Below, piece after piece: positions 36,797-45,947 of a stretch of 64,000 nucleotides of DNA. Both the position numbers and the translations under genes were made by a program. Within the stretch, counting starts at the first letter, position 1. Each line of letters opens with the position of its first letter. Origin of the DNA: an uncultured Bacteroidia bacterium (GTDB taxonomy: Bacteria; Bacteroidota; Bacteroidia; Bacteroidales; Prolixibacteraceae); the NCBI GenBank assembly GCA_903923905.1, contig CAIXZH010000004.1:69074-133073 (forward strand), in the 5' to 3' direction. The notes beneath the pieces are model-generated. The model was not told the DNA's origin. It saw only the letters and a list, made by a program, of their open reading frames with translations, and ran no database searches.

Positions 36797-38095
36797 CTAT
36801 TTATTCTTTTCAGCCCAAACTCTTAACATCTGGATGGCTTTGGCCAGTGCGCCTGCCGAACCCTTAAATTGTGCTGATCCATTTGGCTTTCCATCAACGT
36901 AATACCATTCATAGAAACCCCTGTTTTTTATAACCAGACCGATCATTGGCCTGATTTCGTCATATGCCTCTTTTTCGAAGCCGTTTGCGTTAAGTTGCTG
37001 AATCATTCGGGCTCCAAACCAGGTCCAGTCTCCGCCATTTTGGTAAATATAGGGTTTCCCCATCCCTCCATGGAAGAACCCGTCAGGATAAACGGGATAT
37101 AAGGTCAGTCCGATGCTTGGGGCGCCCGATAAACGGACATTTTCAACCATTTGCCTGTTTGAGGCTTCAATTTCAGTTTTGCTGAGCAGCCCGGCCTCGA
37201 TGGCAATTGCAGTGCCACCATGATAAAAAACCTTAGACTCATCAAACCCGGCAGGGATAGGCGATTTGTCCAGATAAATATGGGGTATGAATTTTTGTTT
37301 TTGTTTATCCCATAAATATTTACGCGTATTTTCTGTAATGGTTGTGCGAAGAGTATTCCATTTTTCAGCCTGGGAAGCGTCTTTTGTCATCTTTGCCAGA
37401 TAATCAAGGGCGATGATAAACATTGCATTATCATAAACATCAATCGCAGGTGTAGTGGTTGAATCGATGTCTACCACGTTATCGGTGTTCGGCTGCACAT
37501 CCCCCCAATCGGCAGTCATGGCGCCCCAGAGCAATCCATATTTATTGCTGTAACGCTCTTTCATTAAGTAGTCCACCATCATCGCCATACGATCCAGCAC
37601 AGTTTTCCCCCCGACATTTTCTGAAAGAATCGTGATATCACCAGTGATCCGGACATACTTTCCGACAGTCTGCATCAGTGAAGTCTCCTGATCGGTTTCA
37701 ACCGTGTTTTTAAAGCCAACATGCGCTGTATCTAATGCCGAGCGGTATTGATTCGGATCCCCCCAATTAAAGTCCTTATTTAAAACATAGCCGTCAATTA
37801 TCTCATGGTTGGGTTGCTGAAGGGCGAAGAAAACCAGAATAGCTCCCCGGATATCTTTAGGATTTGCAGTTTCCAGGGCAATCTCGACGAAAGTGTTCAG
37901 ATCCCTTGCCCAAACCTGAGAATAGCCGCTCCCGGCATTAAATCCCTTTTTCAGGATATTCCGGGCCATTGTATCGACAATTGTCAAAGAAGAATCATTA
38001 AGAATTTGGTTTGCCAATACTTTTTTGGGATAATTATTCCAGGAGCAACTCATCCCGAAGCAGATCATCATAACGATAAGAATGGAATTTCGCAT
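36797..38095 (-). CDS. (alpha/alpha)6-barrel glycoside hydrolase-like lipoprotein; family not assignable by eye
   Basis: Lipobox GMSC. YSQVWARDLN resembles the W.RD motif of six-hairpin glycosidases (GH15/63/GDE_C-like). YQNGGDWTWFGARM. Confidence 0.55.
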   Translation of the reverse strand: MRNSILIVMMICFGMSCSWNNYPKKVLANQILNDSSLTIVDTMARNILKKGFNAGSGYSQVWARDLNTFVEIALETANPKDIRGAILVFFALQQPNHEIIDGYVLNKDFNWGDPNQYRSALDTAHVGFKNTVETDQETSLMQTVGKYVRITGDITILSENVGGKTVLDRMAMMVDYLMKERYSNKYGLLWGAMTADWGDVQPNTDNVVDIDSTTTPAIDVYDNAMFIIALDYLAKMTKDASQAEKWNTLRTTITENTRKYLWDKQKQKFIPHIYLDKSPIPAGFDESKVFYHGGTAIAIEAGLLSKTEIEASNRQMVENVRLSGAPSIGLTLYPVYPDGFFHGGMGKPYIYQNGGDWTWFGARMIQQLNANGFEKEAYDEIRPMIGLVIKNRGFYEWYYVDGKPNGSAQFKGSAGALAKAIQMLRVWAEKNK

Positions 38096-38345
38096 AAAGA
38101 AATTTTGGGTTAAACTAATTTTTAAAAGTTTAAAAAATATTAATCCTCTGGGTAGTACTATGCAAAATTAGTTAATATTTAGATCCATTATATCAGTGCA
38201 TTAAAATATATGAAAAACTATTATTTGCAATTTTGTGGTTGTGTGATTCCTCTCAAAGCTGCAAAGCCGCAAAGAGAAATAACTTAGCGGCTTTAGAAGT
38301 GAAAATGATTAGACTTTACGGAACTTTAATCTTCGCTGAAATTAT

Positions 38346-39704
38346 TTAAAGGCTCCAGCCATTTCTATATTGGTAATGAAGGAATTTGTCGGCTTCCGGG
38401 AGATTGGGGAAGCTGAATTTCTCAGGATCCCAGTTGAGAACCTGGGTACTCATTTTTTCCTTCAGTTCCTTGCGCAGAGCGATATTTCCCAGGAGGACGG
38501 TTTCTGTAAGTGGTCCGGCCCAGTCAAAGTTGGATCCTGCAGGTGCTCCCCCTTTGCAGGCATTTATCCACTCCTCCTCATGCCCTGGGGAGGAGGGGAG
38601 ATATGGTGCCGGAACTTTATAGGAATCACGTAATGATTTGGGAAGGATCTTGTCATCCAGAATTTTTCCTTTGTGACCCACATAAAGTGTACCGCCTGAT
38701 CCCATTTGCATCCCTTCATCAAGTTCGCGAATCCTCATTGGGCGCAATCCGCCGTCATACCAGGTCAAGGTAACAGGGGCCATATTTTTGCGCTTCGGGA
38801 ACTCATAACGGATCATTGAGCCGGAAGGATATGATTCTCCATTTACCAGTGTTGAGACCGCCTGAATGGAAGTTGGATATTTCAGTTTTAGAGCCCGAAA
38901 TATTGGATCGAGTGAATGGCAGCCGATATCACCCAACGATCCGGTTCCGAAATCCCACCAGCCTCTCCAACTAAAAGGGTGATAAGCAGAGCTATATGGA
39001 CGCATTGGTGCCGGTCCGATAAAAAGATCCCAATCGACTTCGGGTGGAACCGGAGGTGTATCAACAGGCCGGGCAACGCCCTGAGGCCAGTAGGTATCAA
39101 TAAATCCCCGGTTTGGTCGGTCGGTCCAAACATGAACTTCATGGATCTGACCAATTACACCGTCCCAGATCATCTCCCTGAGCCGGCGTGTTTGCTCACT
39201 CGCCTGCCCCTGGTTTCCCATCTGTGTGGCTACCTTATACTCCCGTGCAGCCTGTGTAAGAACTCTTGCTTCATGAACGGTATGGGTAAGAGGTTTCTGC
39301 GTAAAGGTGTGTTTTCCCCGCTTAATCGCCTCCAGACTAATTACCGCATGGGTATGATCAGGAGTTGCAATAACCACAGCATCAATGTCTTTCTGGCTAT
39401 CCAGCATCATCCGGTAATCTTTGTATTGTTTTGCCTTGGGATAAGTGGCAAAGACTTTTTGGGTGGGCTCCCTCCAGTCGATATCACACAATGCGACAAT
39501 ATTTTCGGTCTTACCGACACGGGACAGATTTCCCTTTCCCATTCCCGAAATGCCGATACCGGCAACATTCAGCTTGTCACTCGGGGCGATGTGCCCTAAT
39601 CCGGATACAGAATGCGCCGGAATAATCATAAATCCGGCAGATGCCACAGTGGAATTACCTATAAATTCTCTGCGGCTCAAAAGTTTCGAATTGCTGTTTT
39701 TCAT
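38346..39704 (-). CDS. Tat-signal Gfo/Idh/MocA family oxidoreductase
   Basis: Twin-arginine leader SRREFIGNSTVASAG, Rossmann LNVAGIGISGMG, DAVVIATPDHTHA, KHTFTQKPL. Confidence 0.85.
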   Translation of the reverse strand: MKNSNSKLLSRREFIGNSTVASAGFMIIPAHSVSGLGHIAPSDKLNVAGIGISGMGKGNLSRVGKTENIVALCDIDWREPTQKVFATYPKAKQYKDYRMMLDSQKDIDAVVIATPDHTHAVISLEAIKRGKHTFTQKPLTHTVHEARVLTQAAREYKVATQMGNQGQASEQTRRLREMIWDGVIGQIHEVHVWTDRPNRGFIDTYWPQGVARPVDTPPVPPEVDWDLFIGPAPMRPYSSAYHPFSWRGWWDFGTGSLGDIGCHSLDPIFRALKLKYPTSIQAVSTLVNGESYPSGSMIRYEFPKRKNMAPVTLTWYDGGLRPMRIRELDEGMQMGSGGTLYVGHKGKILDDKILPKSLRDSYKVPAPYLPSSPGHEEEWINACKGGAPAGSNFDWAGPLTETVLLGNIALRKELKEKMSTQVLNWDPEKFSFPNLPEADKFLHYQYRNGWSL

Positions 39705-39899
39705 AATTGTATCATTAAGGTTTGAAGTCCCGCTGGTGATCAGTACAACAAATATAAATAATTGATTCCATCTTTCTCAATTATACAATTTAATTCCTAA
39801 GGTCCTCAATATTGTCTGAACCTATTCAATGACATTGAATTTCCCATTCCTCCAGTTTCTCTATTATAAAAACTGACAGAGAATTATTTTTCATACATG

Positions 39900-39931
39900 T
39901 TTGGTAGTATAAATCAGATTGTTTACTTTTG
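39900..39931 (+). promoter_or_regulatory. Bacteroidota promoter: -33 TTTG (39900-39903) and -7 TACTTTTG (39924-39931) for rplU-rpmA
   Basis: 20-nt spacer. Leaves an approximately 75-nt leader before the rplU ATG. Confidence 0.55.
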
Positions 39932-40012
39932 CACTCCAATTGTTCGAGTTGGCTTTAAAAGAGGAGATGTCGGTTTCCCGCCAGCAGGACCAGAATAAAA
40001 TAAATTGTAAGA

Positions 40013-40324
40013 ATGTACGCAATTGTAGAAATCGCCGGACAACAGTTTAAGGTTGAAAAAGAAAGAAAGGTTTATGTTCACCGTCTTCCTCAGGATGAAG
40101 GTGCGGATGTAACGTTTGAAAAAGTTTTATTAATTGACAACGAGGGTGTTATCAGTATTGGTGCCCCGGTAGTTGAGGGTGCAAAAGTTACTGCAACAGT
40201 GCTTAAACATCTCAAAGGTGACAAAGTGATCGTCTTCAAGAAGAAACGTCGTAAAGGTTACAAAAAGAAAAACGGTCATCGTCAATACCTGACTCAGATT
40301 CAAATTACAGAAGTTTTAGCGTAA
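40013..40324 (+). CDS. rplU: 50S ribosomal protein L21
   Basis: [17 protein letters not shown]..., [21 protein letters not shown]. Confidence 0.95.
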   Translation: MYAIVEIAGQQFKVEKERKVYVHRLPQDEGADVTFEKVLLIDNEGVISIGAPVVEGAKVTATVLKHLKGDKVIVFKKKRRKGYKKKNGHRQYLTQIQITEVLA

Positions 40325-40343
40325 ATTTTAAAAAAGATTATCC

Positions 40344-40610
40344 ATGGCACATAAAAAAGGAGCCGGTAGTTCGAAGAACGGCCGCGAATCTCAAAGCAAA
40401 CGCCTAGGCGTGAAAATTTATGGTGGACAGGCTGCTGTTGCTGGTAATATCCTTATTCGTCAGCGAGGAACGGCTCATCACCCGGGAGCAAATGTCGGTA
40501 TTGGCAGAGACCATACCCTTTTTGCATTGATCGACGGAACAGTTGAATTTCAGAAGAAAAGAAATGATAAATCATACGTTTCTGTTCTTCCATTCACTTC
40601 TGTAGAGTAA
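40344..40610 (+). CDS. rpmA: 50S ribosomal protein L27
   Basis: [47 protein letters not shown]. Confidence 0.95.
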   Translation: MAHKKGAGSSKNGRESQSKRLGVKIYGGQAAVAGNILIRQRGTAHHPGANVGIGRDHTLFALIDGTVEFQKKRNDKSYVSVLPFTSVE

Positions 40611-40634
40611 ATCCCGATTTAAGAATACGGGTCT

Positions 40635-40679
40635 AATCTCCTGTTTTATTACTGTGGTAATGGAACAGGAGATTTTTTA
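40635..40679 (+). terminator. rho-independent terminator after rpmA
   Basis: AATCTCCTGTT / AACAGGAGATT stem followed by TTTTT. Confidence 0.8.
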
Positions 40680-40683
40680 TTTG

Positions 40684-40691
40684 TACTTTTG
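40684..40691 (+). promoter_or_regulatory. -7 promoter box TACTTTTG upstream of serS
   Basis: Exact TAnnTTTG match immediately after the rpmA terminator. Implies an approximately 175-nt serS leader. Confidence 0.4.
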
Positions 40692-40780
40692 TTTGCTGCA
40701 TGACGTTATTAAAAGTCAAATAACTGATAAGCAGGTTATTTTGGTCTCTGATAACTTTAAAAACAACAGGAACATCAGAA

Positions 40781-40813
40781 ACAAATAGAAATAGGATACA
40801 AATAGAAATAGGA
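40781..40813. repeat. tandem duplication of ACAAATAGAAATAGGA (17-nt period) in the serS leader
   Basis: Copies at 40781-40796 and 40798-40813 are identical. They sit in a purine-rich tract that continues to about 40860. Confidence 0.8.
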
Positions 40814-40870
40814 AATAAGTAGAAATATTCGGGAAGGGCCAACCTACAGAAATAATAGAAACATAAAGAC

Positions 40871-42148
40871 ATGTTAAATTTAAAATTCATACAGGACAAT
40901 CCTGAATTGGTCATTGAAAAACTGGCGGTCAAAAGATTTGATGCCCGTGCCATCGTTGAAAAGGTAATTGAACTCTATAAAAGACGGAATGAAGTTCAAA
41001 ACGAGGCTGAAGGCCAAAAGGCTGAGATGAACAGGATCTCCAGAGAGATTGGTCTATTGGTTAGAGAAGGGAAACTCACCCAAGTGAATGTAGCAAAAGA
41101 ACAAACCACACAACTCAAGGAACAAATTAAAAGTTTTGAAGGAGAGTTTGATAAGATCGAAGAAGAGCTTGCTCAACTTCAGGTTTTACTTCCTAATCTC
41201 CCGTCTCCATTGGTTCCGGCTGGGAAAGGTGCAGAAGATAATGAAATCGTTGCTACTGGTGGTGAAATGCCCAACCTTCCTGTGGGAGCCAAGCCTCATT
41301 GGGAGTTAGCCACACAATATAACCTGATTGATTTTGAGCTTGGAGTAAAAATAACAGGAGCCGGATTCCCTGTCTATAAAGGTTTTGGAGCCAGAATTCA
41401 ACGTGCCCTGATTAACTTCTTCCTGGATCAGGCTCGGGAACAGGGATATCTTGAAGTTCAACCCCCTTATTTGGTCAATGAAGCTTCCGGATTTGGTACA
41501 GGTCAGCTACCTGATAAGGAGGGACAGATGTACCATGATGCCACTGACAACCTATTCCTGATCCCAACCGCTGAGGTTCCGGTCACCAATATTTTCCGTG
41601 ATGTAATTGTGGAAGAAAAAGATCTGCCCATCAAAACGACTGCCTATTCGGCATGTTTTCGTCGTGAAGCAGGCTCTTACGGTAAAGATGTGCGCGGTTT
41701 GAACCGGCTGCATCAATTTGACAAGGTGGAGATCGTTCAGGTTGCTCATCCGGATAAATCTTATGACTCATTAACGGATATGGTTGCATATGTACAGACT
41801 CTGGTTGAAAAACTTGGTCTGCCATACCGGATATTAAGGTTATGTGGAGGTGATATGAGTTTTACCTCGGCTCTTACCTATGATTTTGAAGTATGGTCTG
41901 CTGCTCAGGAGCGTTGGCTGGAAGTATCATCAGTTTCCAATTTTGAGTCTTTCCAGGCCACCCGACTGAAACTTCGTTTTCGTGAGGAGGGACACTCAAA
42001 ACCAATTGTTGCCCATACCTTGAATGGCAGCGCTTTAGCATTACCCAGGATTGTTGCAGCGATTCTTGAAAATTATCAGACTACTGAGGGAATTCTAATT
42101 CCCAAGGTTCTTGTTCCCTACATGGGTGGATGCGAATTAATCAATTAA
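40871..42148 (+). CDS. serS: serine--tRNA ligase
   Basis: 425 aa. N-terminal coiled-coil arm, class II motifs FRREAGSYGKDVRGLNRLHQFDKVE and GSALALPR. Confidence 0.95.
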   Translation: MLNLKFIQDNPELVIEKLAVKRFDARAIVEKVIELYKRRNEVQNEAEGQKAEMNRISREIGLLVREGKLTQVNVAKEQTTQLKEQIKSFEGEFDKIEEELAQLQVLLPNLPSPLVPAGKGAEDNEIVATGGEMPNLPVGAKPHWELATQYNLIDFELGVKITGAGFPVYKGFGARIQRALINFFLDQAREQGYLEVQPPYLVNEASGFGTGQLPDKEGQMYHDATDNLFLIPTAEVPVTNIFRDVIVEEKDLPIKTTAYSACFRREAGSYGKDVRGLNRLHQFDKVEIVQVAHPDKSYDSLTDMVAYVQTLVEKLGLPYRILRLCGGDMSFTSALTYDFEVWSAAQERWLEVSSVSNFESFQATRLKLRFREEGHSKPIVAHTLNGSALALPRIVAAILENYQTTEGILIPKVLVPYMGGCELIN

Positions 42149-42223
42149 ATATGCACAATCCTTTTTCAGCTTGCATTTTTAATAACCCTTCTTTTTGAAA
42201 AATAGAATATTAAGTTAATTTCT

Positions 42224-44170
42224 ATGGATAAACAACATAGTGGCATTGCACAGGTCTCTTTTGCCGGTTTAGTAATCACCTTAGGTATTGTATTTGGGGA
42301 CCTTGGAACAAGTCCACTCTACACGATGAACGCAATCATCAATGCATCAACACTATATAATAGGGAGTTGATATTTGGTGCTTTATCTTGTATCTTCTGG
42401 ACTCTTACACTCCAAACAACTGTCAAATATGTTATTATTACGCTTCGGGCCGACAACCACGGGGAAGGGGGAATATTTGCGCTTTTTGCACTAATCCGGC
42501 GGAAAAATAACCTGATTGCCGTATTAACGATGATCGGAGGTAGTGCACTATTGGCTGATGGAGTTATAACCCCTTCGATTACTGTCACATCAGCAGTTGA
42601 GGGGCTGAAATTGTTTTATCCTCACATCCCTGTCGTACCTATTGTTCTTACTATTTTATCAGTGCTATTTTTCTTTCAGCAATTTGGCACAGGGTTTATG
42701 GGGAAAGCATTTGGTCCGGTGATGTTTATCTGGTTCTCAATGCTGGCTATGCTTGGACTGACTTTCCTGGTAAAAGATCCGGGAGTATTGGCAGCAATGA
42801 ATCCAATGTATGCGTTACAGTTTATTGCAAACTATCCCAATGCAGTGGTACTCCTGGGAGCTGTTTTTCTTGCCACTACAGGTGCAGAAGCCTTATATTC
42901 GGACCTTGGGCATTGTGGTATCCAAAACATTCGCATTTCCTGGGTATTTGTAAAAATCTCGTTACTTATTAACTATTTTGGTCAAGGAGCATACCTTCTG
43001 AATCATATGGATCATATGAACAGTGCCAATCCTTTTTTTGCAATTATGCCCCAATGGTTTCTTTTACCCGGAGTGGTAATTGCAACAGCAGCTTCCATCA
43101 TCGCCAGTCAGGCCTTAATAAGCGGATCATATACACTTATCAGTGAAGCAGTTTCCTTGAATATCTGGCCAAAGATCCGCATTAATTATCCTACAGACAT
43201 AAAGGGACAGGTTTATATTCCATTTGTAAACTGGTTTCTTTGGGTTGCATGTACCTTTGTGGTGATCTATTTTGGGGAATCATCTAAAATGGAAGCTGCC
43301 TATGGACTTTCAATTACAATAACAATGATCATGACTACTTCGCTGTTATCATATCATTTAAGAAATCGTAAAGTACCACTTGGTTATATTATCCTTTTAC
43401 TATTCGTCTTTTTATCGATTGAAGGGACCTTTTTATGGGCCAATCTGCATAAATTTGCCAATGGTGGTTGGTTAACCATTGCTTTGGCCTTTGTTTTCTT
43501 CATTGTGATGTATGGATGGTATTTCGGGCGGAAAATCAAAAATAAGTACATCAGCTTTGTGAATGTGAATAAAGATCCTGGAATTTTCAGGGAACTGAGC
43601 GCTGATACTTCTGTCCCGAAAATTGCTACAAACCTGATTTATATCACTAAGGCAAACCGACGTGATCAGATTGAATCTAAGATTATGTATTCAATCTTCA
43701 ACAAACATCCCAAAAGGGCTAACACCTATTGGTTTCTCCATATTGACAACCTTGAAACTCCCAATACTTTTGAATATGTTGTCCATCACATAATTCCCGG
43801 GGTGTTGATTAAAGTTGATTTCAGACTTGGATTTAAAATTGAACGAAAGATCAACCTCTATTTCAGAGAGGTAATCGAAGATCTTGTCAAAAGTAACGAA
43901 ATTAGTATGGTCAGTCAGTATGAATCGTTAAAAGCGCACAACATACCTGCGGATTGTCTTTATGTAAACCTTGATAGAATCTTAATAAGTGATTACAAAC
44001 TGCCACTTAATCAAAGCTTTATTATGGGTCTTCATAACTTCATCCGTAAGATAAGCATCAATGATGTGAAAGCCCTGGGGCTCGATTCATCCAACGTCAT
44101 TGAAGAAAAAGTGCCAATTGTTATTGAGCAGCAGCTTAAAAAGAGAATTCTGAGGGTTAATCTCCCTTGA
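42224..44170 (+). CDS. kup: KUP/HAK/KT family potassium transporter
   Basis: 648 aa. GIVFGDLGTSPLYT, GEGGIFAL, TGAEALYSDLGH. Confidence 0.9.
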   Translation: MDKQHSGIAQVSFAGLVITLGIVFGDLGTSPLYTMNAIINASTLYNRELIFGALSCIFWTLTLQTTVKYVIITLRADNHGEGGIFALFALIRRKNNLIAVLTMIGGSALLADGVITPSITVTSAVEGLKLFYPHIPVVPIVLTILSVLFFFQQFGTGFMGKAFGPVMFIWFSMLAMLGLTFLVKDPGVLAAMNPMYALQFIANYPNAVVLLGAVFLATTGAEALYSDLGHCGIQNIRISWVFVKISLLINYFGQGAYLLNHMDHMNSANPFFAIMPQWFLLPGVVIATAASIIASQALISGSYTLISEAVSLNIWPKIRINYPTDIKGQVYIPFVNWFLWVACTFVVIYFGESSKMEAAYGLSITITMIMTTSLLSYHLRNRKVPLGYIILLLFVFLSIEGTFLWANLHKFANGGWLTIALAFVFFIVMYGWYFGRKIKNKYISFVNVNKDPGIFRELSADTSVPKIATNLIYITKANRRDQIESKIMYSIFNKHPKRANTYWFLHIDNLETPNTFEYVVHHIIPGVLIKVDFRLGFKIERKINLYFREVIEDLVKSNEISMVSQYESLKAHNIPADCLYVNLDRILISDYKLPLNQSFIMGLHNFIRKISINDVKALGLDSSNVIEEKVPIVIEQQLKKRILRVNLP

Positions 44171-44308
44171 ATCATCTGAAAAATCAGAATAACCAAGCCG
44201 GTGTCTTTATCTGGCTCTCTTTTGGTAAAGCCTAATATCATAATACTTTACAAACAGGGATTCTGTGTTTTTAATTTTTATTGTTTTATATCAATACCAA
44301 TGGAAGGG

Positions 44309-45034
44309 ATGAAATATCGATTAATTATTATTTTCTTTGTTGTTTTGTCTTCATCCCTTTTTGGAAATAATAAAAAAGATATCTATAATGCTTATATCAA
44401 CAATGCCATGCCGGTTTGGAAGGGTATTATTGATCAATTAGAAAGTAAACCTGAAAAAAGCAATGATTTGTTGCTTGAATTAGTCAATTTCCAATACGGT
44501 TATATCGCCTGGTGTATTGGGAATAATCATAAAGATGAAGCCCTTGTTTATCTCAAAAATTCAGAGAATAACCTCAAATTGCTTGAAGAGAACAAATTTA
44601 AGATTTCAAAGATCTATGGATACAAATCAGCATTCTATGGTTTCCATATTAGTTTAAGCCTTTTTTCGGCGCCATTTCTCGGCCCTAAAAGCACTTCAGC
44701 TGCTAAACAGGCGATTAGTACTGATCCGGATGATTTTTTTGGTTATGTACAGCTAGGAAATGTCCATTTCCATGCACCCTCTCTTATGGGAGGATCTAAG
44801 TCTGAAGCTCTGAAAGACTATCTGAAAGCTAGGAAGTTGATGGAAAGTAAGGCACAGGAACTAAGTGATGACTGGAACTACCTGAGCCTGCTTGTCTCCA
44901 TTGCAAAAACCTATGAGCTGTTAAATGATACAACCAACGCGAGATTAGTTTATGAGGAAATCCTCAAATCCGAGCCTCAGTTTAAATGGGTCAGAGATGA
45001 ATTATATCCCAAGTTGATAAGGAAATTAAAATAA
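44309..45034 (+). CDS. hypothetical secreted helical-repeat (TPR-like) protein
   Basis: Signal peptide MKYRLIIIFFVVLSSSLFG; the rest is helical. Alternative ATG at 44300; the ORF-track start 44201 is unlikely. Confidence 0.55.
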   Translation: MKYRLIIIFFVVLSSSLFGNNKKDIYNAYINNAMPVWKGIIDQLESKPEKSNDLLLELVNFQYGYIAWCIGNNHKDEALVYLKNSENNLKLLEENKFKISKIYGYKSAFYGFHISLSLFSAPFLGPKSTSAAKQAISTDPDDFFGYVQLGNVHFHAPSLMGGSKSEALKDYLKARKLMESKAQELSDDWNYLSLLVSIAKTYELLNDTTNARLVYEEILKSEPQFKWVRDELYPKLIRKLK

Positions 45035-45221
45035 TAGAGGACGATGATATGATTCAACTGTTGATAGTCATACCAAACCATTAACCAGGGCTTTTCGACT
45101 ATCTGTTGCCATTGTGCCCCTGGTTCAATTGGAGTATTGGCAATCAAAAGGAGACAGGAAATGGTATGAATTTATATGTTACCCAATTTGGATTCTTTAT
45201 CCGGGACCAGTTTTTAGATGT

Positions 45222-45229
45222 TATCTTTG
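45222..45229 (+). promoter_or_regulatory. -7 promoter box TATCTTTG upstream of recX
   Basis: Exact TAnnTTTG match, 23 nt upstream of the ATG at 45253. Confidence 0.4.
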
Positions 45230-45252
45230 TTTGAATTTATTTGATTCATAGT

Positions 45253-45729
45253 ATGAAAGGTGGTCTCCAGTATCGGCAGGCGTTGACAAAAGCAATGGCA
45301 TTTTGCAGTCAATCTGAAAGGTGTCGTTTCGATGTGACTGCAAAACTAAAACAGTGGGAACTTTCAGATGAAGAGATTACCCGTGCGCTGAATTACCTGA
45401 TTGAAGAACGGTTTCTGGATGAAGTGCGATTCGTTCGTTTCTATGTTAATGATAAACTGCGCTTTAACAAATGGGGCAAAATCAAGTTGACCTATATGCT
45501 GCGGCAGAAACAAATTCCGGAAGAGCTGATCAGATCGGAACTAAACCAGATTGATGATGATATTTACCAAAAAACTCTTCTTGATTTGCTAAAGACGAAA
45601 CTTAAATCTGTCAAAGGTGAATCTGATTATGAGCGAACAGGGAAGCTGGCTGTTTTTGCTCAGGGACATGGGTTTGAAGCAGAACTGGCATATAAACTGG
45701 CAAGCCAAATAGTTGATAATGAAGAATAA
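45253..45729 (+). CDS. recX: regulatory protein RecX
   Basis: ALTKAMAFCSQSERCRFDVTAKLKQW, FLDEVRFVRFYVNDKLRFNKWGKIKL: the three-repeat RecX pattern. Confidence 0.8.
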   Translation: MKGGLQYRQALTKAMAFCSQSERCRFDVTAKLKQWELSDEEITRALNYLIEERFLDEVRFVRFYVNDKLRFNKWGKIKLTYMLRQKQIPEELIRSELNQIDDDIYQKTLLDLLKTKLKSVKGESDYERTGKLAVFAQGHGFEAELAYKLASQIVDNEE

Positions 45730-45825
45730 ACACAGAATAAAAAATGCAGAATGCAAATAGCAACGTGCAAAATAGCTATTATGATTAGTGATTCTTCCTT
45801 TTGAAAAGTATTTCCTAATTTTTAG

Positions 45826-45871
45826 ATTGCCTATTAGTCTATTTGCCTGATTGCCTAATTGACTAATTGCC
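45826..45871. repeat. four clustered TTGCC(T) motifs (ATTGCCTA-like)
   Basis: TTGCC at 45827, 45843, 45851 and 45867, in the intergenic spacer between recX and prfB. Confidence 0.5.
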
Positions 45872-45913
45872 GAAATACCTGATTTTCTCATTAGCACATT
45901 ACCCCTTTATTCC

Positions 45914-45921
45914 TAACTTTG
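45914..45921 (+). promoter_or_regulatory. -7 promoter box TAACTTTG upstream of prfB
   Basis: Exact TAnnTTTG match, 26 nt upstream of the ATG at 45948. Confidence 0.45.
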
Positions 45922-45947
45922 CATCTTAAATCTTAAAAAATTCTAAA

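Noticed and set aside
39937-40012. Possible ribosomal-protein autoregulatory leader upstream of rplU (small hairpin CCAA-N9-TTGG, followed by a GC-rich segment).
   Set aside because: I see only a weak 4-bp hairpin and cannot match any described leader family from memory. It needs a covariance-model search before being claimed.
40633-40953. 106-aa minus-strand ORF across the serS leader and start.
   Set aside because: It runs through the rpmA terminator, the purine-rich repeat tract and the serS 5' end. The sequence is low-complexity.
45589-45897. 102-aa minus-strand ORF overlapping the recX 3' end and the TTGCC repeat array.
   Set aside because: Its protein-like appearance (LGNQANRLIGN) is generated by the short DNA repeats, and it overlaps recX.
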